Virus record (IMG/VR): IMGVR_UViG_3300020043_002150 | Location: 1-39,456 of that record | DNA: 39,456 bases | Strand: one strand, 5' to 3' | From: a virus | Taxonomy: Duplodnaviria; Caudoviricetes | Shown here: positions 33,831 through 39,456 of the stretch, one piece after another | Layout: each line of letters starts with the position of its first letter | Position numbering within the stretch: the stretch's first letter is position 1 | Program-made: the position numbers and the translations under genes | Notes under the pieces: model-generated | Told to the model about the DNA's origin: nothing | Database searches by the model: none | Seen by the model: only the letters and a program-made list of their open reading frames with translations

Positions 33831-36233
33831 TTATTTACCTTGTTTCTTCTTACCATCAGCGGCTTTTTTTAATAAGTCTGCGGCTTCTGCCTGTAAATCG
33901 CTGTATGATTTAGGACCTTGTAATACTTTACCAGTTTTAACATCAACTTGACGATAAATCTTTTTAGGCATATCTGGCACTAATTCTTTAACAGCATCAG
34001 GCATTCTTGTATAATCAGCATTATCAAGGATTTCGTGACGGATACCATTTTCAGTATGAGAACCTGTTGGTAAATCATCATACGATCCTTTTAATTTACC
34101 CATCATTACATTACTCATAAAATCGTTGGGTTCTCCAGCCATCATACTCATAGTGCCTGGAGGAGCATTTTTTCGTTTAGATTTAATCAACTCTAATATT
34201 TCATTAGTAGTCAATTTAGGAGTTTCTGCCACACCTTCAGGAGCAACTGGTCCTGATACAGGTGGAGTATCTACTTTAGGTTTAGATGGAGCAACTTTAC
34301 CCGTTTTCATAAACTCGCTCATTCTTTTAACTCGTTCCATTGCCGCATCATCTACGGCTTTTAATTCTTCGGGTGTCATTGCGGCTCTTTCTTGTTCTAT
34401 TCTTGTTTTTTGTGTTGGACCACGAGTAATTTTACCGTAAGCATCTGCTTCCTTAAATTGTCTATTGATTTCTGTTCTAATGGCTTTTCTGGCTTCACCG
34501 ACAGGCATTTGTTTTAGGTCTTCAATACCCATCACTTTTGTCCAATCAATTTCAGGCATACCGTGAATTTTAGCGGTTTCGTTAAACAACTCTTTGTTTA
34601 TAACTAATTGTTTATTTTTAGTTGTCACGCCAGCACCAGCGTCCATTTTCATAGCCGCACGAACTTGGAATCCATCAGCCGCATCAACGGCAGGTGTAGT
34701 AGGTTCAACTGCTGGGAACTTTTCTCTAACCAATCTATCCATTTCATCAGGCGTGACTTTACCTACCAATGCTTTACGCATTTCACCTGGAGTATTATAT
34801 ACAGGTTCGCGTTTAACTGGTGCTGGTTCTGGTGGCAATTCTGTAGGTTTTACAGGACCGACTAATTCTGGTGGTTGTGGTTTCGGCTTAAACGCTTCTA
34901 CATTTTCACTACGCCACGCTTTGATTTCGTCATAAGCCATAGCATCTGCCATTTCACGAGTTAGTTTTTGACCTCGTTGTTGAGCATCTTTTAGTAAGTC
35001 TGCTGTTCTTGCGGCAACAGCCTTGTTAAATGTATCACCAAAGTTAGCACTACCTTGTTCAGCCTGTGCGTAATGTGTAGCAACATCAGGTAATGACCAA
35101 GTTTGTTTAGGTTGTGGTGCTGGCTTAGGCATAGATGGTGCCTTGGCTTGTGTTGTAGCCATAGCAGCCTGAGCCGCAGGCGTAGGAGCAGCCATACCAC
35201 CTGGACTTATTGGTCCCGCAGCCTGAAAACCTCTGGGCATAGGTCCTGGTTGAACACCAGGCATAGGACGAACACCTGTTTGGTATTCGTTGAGTATTTT
35301 TGGCAACTCTGGAGTAAATCCTTTGTTGGCTAAACGCATATCTGCTAATGCTTGAGCACCAGCAAGACCACCTCGTAATGCTGTTAAAACTGGAACACCA
35401 CCAGTAAAGAACATACTGCCAATGTCTGCGGCAGCAGTTATTGGATTACGGTAAGTTTCGCCTAATCTTTCGCCAAATGCTCTGGCACCTTGTCCAGCGT
35501 TAGGTATATTACCACCACTCAACATCATTGCGGCTTTGTCTAATCTACCTTCAGGTAATTCGCTGATAGGTCGTTGTTCAGGCATTTGCCCGTAGGGTAA
35601 TTCGCCACGCTCAAACTTTGCGAACTCTTCAGGCGGTGTAAATGTAGGACCAATAGGATTTCTTTGACTTGGCACTTGATAACCACGGGGTGTTCTTCCA
35701 GGTCTGGCAATATAGCCTGTGCCTGTGCCTACAGCACCACTAACAACATCACCGACTGCTCCTGCGGCTTTAGGTATTGTTTGTAATCCTTTAACCGTTG
35801 GAAAAGGTGCCATAACTTCACCACCAAGTCTGGCAAGTTTAGCACTGGGAGCATCGCTCTTAAATGGCAACATCTCATTCCATTGTTCGCTGCCAAACGG
35901 AACTTGATAAGGACTTTGTTGTCCAGTAGCCGCACCATAAAGATTTCCTGGCAAGTTTAATACATCTGGAATAGCACCTAAAGTGCCAGTGACTACGCCT
36001 CTGGCAGTTTGTAAGGGCATATCTTTGGCTGCTTCTCTGTCTTGCTGACTTTCTGGACGACGACCTTGAGGACGATAAACACCAAAGGCAGCACCACCCG
36101 CACCTTCTACAGGTTTTTGTTGCTGACTTTGTGGGGCAGGACGAAGGCTACGAGCAGCCTCGTCAATGTCCTTTTCAGTAGGCTCACGCTCAAACTCTAC
36201 TCGTTGTCCATTTACTTCATAGATATATGCCAT
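33831..36233 (-). CDS. Putative internal virion (ejection) protein
   Basis: 800 aa, A/G/P-rich with hydrophobic Gly/Ala helices; last gene of the ejection-like cluster. Confidence 0.65.
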   Translation of the reverse strand: MAYIYEVNGQRVEFEREPTEKDIDEAARSLRPAPQSQQQKPVEGAGGAAFGVYRPQGRRPESQQDREAAKDMPLQTARGVVTGTLGAIPDVLNLPGNLYGAATGQQSPYQVPFGSEQWNEMLPFKSDAPSAKLARLGGEVMAPFPTVKGLQTIPKAAGAVGDVVSGAVGTGTGYIARPGRTPRGYQVPSQRNPIGPTFTPPEEFAKFERGELPYGQMPEQRPISELPEGRLDKAAMMLSGGNIPNAGQGARAFGERLGETYRNPITAAADIGSMFFTGGVPVLTALRGGLAGAQALADMRLANKGFTPELPKILNEYQTGVRPMPGVQPGPMPRGFQAAGPISPGGMAAPTPAAQAAMATTQAKAPSMPKPAPQPKQTWSLPDVATHYAQAEQGSANFGDTFNKAVAARTADLLKDAQQRGQKLTREMADAMAYDEIKAWRSENVEAFKPKPQPPELVGPVKPTELPPEPAPVKREPVYNTPGEMRKALVGKVTPDEMDRLVREKFPAVEPTTPAVDAADGFQVRAAMKMDAGAGVTTKNKQLVINKELFNETAKIHGMPEIDWTKVMGIEDLKQMPVGEARKAIRTEINRQFKEADAYGKITRGPTQKTRIEQERAAMTPEELKAVDDAAMERVKRMSEFMKTGKVAPSKPKVDTPPVSGPVAPEGVAETPKLTTNEILELIKSKRKNAPPGTMSMMAGEPNDFMSNVMMGKLKGSYDDLPTGSHTENGIRHEILDNADYTRMPDAVKELVPDMPKKIYRQVDVKTGKVLQGPKSYSDLQAEAADLLKKAADGKKKQGK

Positions 36234-38608
36234 TATTGGACCTTTTTATATTTGTTTCCGCTACTTGTAGTTCCAGGTTGTGCTTTATTTTCTTGTGCTG
36301 GGTTAGTTCCACCAAATGTCCAGTCGTTTTTACCTTCTTTGTCATACTTTTTAAGAATAAAGATCATACCTTGTAAAGCAGCCAAGCGTTCTGCCTGTGT
36401 CTTTTTAGGATTAGCAAAATCACCAGCGGCTTCAACATACAAGTTAGTATCTTTGTCACTTTGCGGACCTTCAAATCGTGGAATCATATACTTAAATGGA
36501 TATGACATAGTATTCAATTGAGCGATTGCTTGAGCACCATTAGTGCCTACACCAAATAGTCGTGCTAATGTATCTACACCAGCACCAATACCACTGCCTG
36601 TAGATTTTTTAATTAAATCTGCCACAGGCTGGATTAAACCATAGTTTTCATCTGCGGCTTTTTGGTTAGTAATGTCTTGTGCCTGACCTTTACCTCTGGC
36701 TTCTGCTGGTGGTTTGCCTTCTGCCTCAGTAAGTGCTTTATTGATAGCAACATTAGCCTCACGCTGTGCCAAACTTCCGCCAGCCGCAGGTTGGGCAGTA
36801 GTTTTGCCACGGTTTCTGTCAATAATGGCTTGATTGTCAGCCAATTCTTTTTGTAATATGGCTTGACGCTGACTTTCGCTCTCTTTTGAGAATCCAGCAG
36901 GCTTTTGTTTCATTTCACGCTGTAATGATTCTACATTTCGTTGTGCTCTGGCTATTGTGGCTGCGTCATCACCGCCTTCAACAGGCAAGCGTTCTGCTAC
37001 ACTACCACTTGGGCTGTAGTTTCTAACCTGATTAAAGATTTCTGGGCTGTTAGCATTGATCTGTGCTTGTGTAGCACGGATTAAACTACCATCACCTGGA
37101 TCAAGCACGAATGCTTTGTCCATAGCGGCTTTAGCACCAGCCGTAGATGGAGCAGTTTTAAAGTCAATCATTGCTTTATCCAATGCTTTCTGGAAACTTG
37201 ATCCTACACTTTGTGGTTGTGGGGTTGCTGTGCCAGTATATGCTTGACCTTGTTTAGGTCCTGACATATATGTAAAGCCTGCTTGACCAGTTTGAGCATT
37301 TTGAGTTGGCATAACCAAATCTTGTCCAGTGCCTTCGGCATTTGGAACCGTGTGAATACCACCAGTAAAGCCTGTAGATTGACTACCAAACTTTTGAGCA
37401 CCTGCTCGCAATTTGTTTAATGTAGTTTCAGTAGCAATCGTGCCTTCGTTGTCTTTGGCACGAATAATATTACCACTACTATCTTTTTCTACTTGCCAAT
37501 TACTACCACCCAGCGTGACTTGCTCAAATGTAGTTTCTTTACCAAGTATTTTTGCTTGTTTTTGTTGTGCCAAAGCATCTAAACCCAAACGCTTGTATAA
37601 TACAGCAGCCAAATAGTCAGTGACGGTGACTTCTTCTTTAGCCTTACCTTTTTCTGGTTTAATACTTTGTAAGATTTTGTTCTGTGCTTGAAGATCGCCA
37701 GTTTGTGCCTTTGCCATAATAGCATCAGCCTCATCTTTCATTGTTTGTTGCTTAAAACTTGACTTGATCTTTTCCGCAATCATATCACGACTTTCAGGAT
37801 TTTTGTTAGCAACATCTAACAACTTATAAAAGTCTGTGCCAGCCTCATTAGCAGCCTGAATCCAAGGTGCGGGTGCGGGTGCTGTGACTACTGGTGTTGT
37901 AGGACGAGCCTGTGCCTGAGCACCAGCCTGTGCTAAACTTGCTCCAGGTGCCGCTGCCTGTGCTGGCATTTGAGGAGCACCCGCAACTTGAACAGCAGGA
38001 CCAGGTTGTGGTAATTTTGCCATTACAGGTGCTTGTTGTGCTTGCTGTGGTGAAATCGCACCTTGAGCAGGCAAGTTGTCAGGCATACCAGGAATAGGCG
38101 TAGTCAATTTTGGCTCTGGGCGTTGTGCTTGTGCCATTGCTTGAGCAAATTGCTGGGCTTGTTGTTGTGCTTCTGGACTATTAGGTGCTACAGGACCCGA
38201 CATCTGTGGCATACCAGCCATAGGTGCTTGTTGTTTTTGTTCTTGTGCTTGTCCAGCAGGAATCTGTGTTTTTACAACTTGTTCTTGACTGCCATCACCA
38301 TAAGTTTTAACGGTTTGTGTTTTAACTTCTGTATTGGCTGCTTCATCGGCTTGTTCTTGGCGTTGATCGTTGATCATACGCTGTTGTAATGCTTCGGCAG
38401 GATTCATTATGGCATTACCAACATTGCTGACTCTGTCCATAGCCTGATCAAATCTATTACCTACAGCCGTGCCAACTCTATCCATAAAACTTGGATTTAC
38501 AGGACCAACAGGATTAGCATATGCTTCCTCGTCCATTCGTTGAGCAATGGCTTCGCGTCTTTTGCGTTCTTCTTCTTCGTCTAATGGGTTCATATCATAT
38601 AGTGCCAT
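36233..38608 (-). CDS. Putative internal virion (ejection) protein
   Basis: 791 aa, Q/A/P-rich, with C-terminal PRFEGPQSDKD...Y..AAG motif of DNA-transfer-type proteins. Confidence 0.65.
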   Translation of the reverse strand: MALYDMNPLDEEEERKRREAIAQRMDEEAYANPVGPVNPSFMDRVGTAVGNRFDQAMDRVSNVGNAIMNPAEALQQRMINDQRQEQADEAANTEVKTQTVKTYGDGSQEQVVKTQIPAGQAQEQKQQAPMAGMPQMSGPVAPNSPEAQQQAQQFAQAMAQAQRPEPKLTTPIPGMPDNLPAQGAISPQQAQQAPVMAKLPQPGPAVQVAGAPQMPAQAAAPGASLAQAGAQAQARPTTPVVTAPAPAPWIQAANEAGTDFYKLLDVANKNPESRDMIAEKIKSSFKQQTMKDEADAIMAKAQTGDLQAQNKILQSIKPEKGKAKEEVTVTDYLAAVLYKRLGLDALAQQKQAKILGKETTFEQVTLGGSNWQVEKDSSGNIIRAKDNEGTIATETTLNKLRAGAQKFGSQSTGFTGGIHTVPNAEGTGQDLVMPTQNAQTGQAGFTYMSGPKQGQAYTGTATPQPQSVGSSFQKALDKAMIDFKTAPSTAGAKAAMDKAFVLDPGDGSLIRATQAQINANSPEIFNQVRNYSPSGSVAERLPVEGGDDAATIARAQRNVESLQREMKQKPAGFSKESESQRQAILQKELADNQAIIDRNRGKTTAQPAAGGSLAQREANVAINKALTEAEGKPPAEARGKGQAQDITNQKAADENYGLIQPVADLIKKSTGSGIGAGVDTLARLFGVGTNGAQAIAQLNTMSYPFKYMIPRFEGPQSDKDTNLYVEAAGDFANPKKTQAERLAALQGMIFILKKYDKEGKNDWTFGGTNPAQENKAQPGTTSSGNKYKKVQ

Positions 38609-38617
38609 TATATATCC

Positions 38618-39331
38618 TTAAATCTTAAAGCCAAGGTTGCTACCACTGCTTGAAGTAGAACTTCCAGTAGGTCCAAGGTTATAACTGGCTGCTGGAGTGC
38701 CAAATATCACTGAAGCATATTGATTGTATAATTGTTGTGGTGTCATAGCAGCCTGAGTTGCTGTGCCTGCGGCACCAACGGCTTGTCCAATATTACCACT
38801 ACCAATTTGTGCTAATTGTCCAGCCACACCTGCTCGTTGAGTAGCAATATCTCGTTGGACATCTGCGGCAGTTTTAGCCATCATATTAGCATTTGTTCCA
38901 GCAGTTTGTCGTTCAGCAAGTGCTTGTCTGGCACTACCTAAATTACCAGTGCCACCAAATTGTGCTCGTTGATCGGCGATGTTCTTTTCATAGGCTGCTT
39001 GTGCGGGAGCCAAAGCACTTTGAATTTGGTTGGCTTCATAATCAGGATTGAATAAACTTTGTAATCCACTGACACCAGTGCGTAATGCTGATTCACCAGT
39101 TTCACCTAATGTGCCCTGTGCTTGCCTTGCTATACCAGCCTGATTTTGTGCGGCATTTAATACGCCACCTGCTGCCTGATTATAAACATCAGTAGCACCT
39201 CTGACAGCACCAGTGTATGTTGGTGCTAATGTATCTGTAAAGAATTTGTTCTGTGCCTCAACTTGACTGGCTTGAGCACCTGTTAGTCTTGGGTCTGTTG
39301 AACTTTGATTGTTGGATTTTCCGCCACTCAT
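38618..39331 (-). CDS. Putative DNA pilot/ejection protein (P22 gp7-like)
   Basis: 237 aa, A/G/Q-rich; MSGGKS start, NP.Y, and GG.G.LGSARQ motif. Confidence 0.65.
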   Translation of the reverse strand: MSGGKSNNQSSTDPRLTGAQASQVEAQNKFFTDTLAPTYTGAVRGATDVYNQAAGGVLNAAQNQAGIARQAQGTLGETGESALRTGVSGLQSLFNPDYEANQIQSALAPAQAAYEKNIADQRAQFGGTGNLGSARQALAERQTAGTNANMMAKTAADVQRDIATQRAGVAGQLAQIGSGNIGQAVGAAGTATQAAMTPQQLYNQYASVIFGTPAASYNLGPTGSSTSSSGSNLGFKI

Positions 39332-39335
39332 ATTG

Positions 39336-39456
39336 GGTTCCTTTGTATTGTATTATTTAGCATATTTTTAAGGCATATCAACCACGGGATTGATAATCGA
39401 ATTTACAACTCGTTGTATATCGTTGTAAGTAGCCCAATCTCCGACTGCGGCTGCTC
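39336..39456. repeat. Terminal direct repeat, right copy
   Basis: Identical to 1-121. Confidence 0.97.

Noticed and set aside
34126-38389. Multiple plus-strand and alternate-frame ORFs within the ejection genes
   Set aside because: They are nested in long minus-strand genes and have shadow-like composition.
33-39331. Alternative genetic code or stop-codon recoding
   Set aside because: Standard-code ORFs tile the genome densely with intact core genes, and TAA, TAG and TGA all serve as stops.
1-39456. tRNA or rRNA genes, integrase/att site
   Set aside because: No cloverleaf or T-loop signature in the short intergenic gaps and no recombinase motifs were seen by eye. A tRNAscan run would confirm.

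Overview
This window is a complete, circularly assembled tailed-phage genome of about 39,335 bp. Bases 1-121 are repeated at 39336-39456. The morphogenesis genes are podovirus-type: terminase, portal, scaffold, major capsid, adaptor, nozzle, tail fibres and putative ejection proteins. Replication is minimal: a Prim-Pol primase, a separate SF3-type helicase and an iteron/inverted-repeat origin. Accessory genes include a GT60-like GlcNAc transferase, a GNAT, a Dps-like protein, a nucleotidyltransferase-like protein and GIY-YIG and HNH nucleases. All credible genes except the GNAT lie on the minus strand. Three observations stand out. (1) About 19 gene-proximal TAAATA boxes, matching the core of the T4 gp55 late promoter, precede structural and replication genes alike. 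Seven sit exactly 5 nt before an SD-less ATG. I found no sigma factor, RNA polymerase, sliding clamp, replicative DNA polymerase, integrase or endolysin. This suggests a virion-encoding satellite (virophage-like) that depends on a T4-like helper's late transcription machinery. (2) A 681-aa Pro/Thr/Glu-rich putative ejection protein carries seven TonB-box-like motifs (SEIII[TS][AT]xR). (3) A ~105-nt structured sRNA has its own TAAATA promoter and terminator, and its exposed loop is complementary to the phage's own ribosome-binding sites, including the helicase RBS. Functional calls come from motif recognition by eye; no database searches were run.
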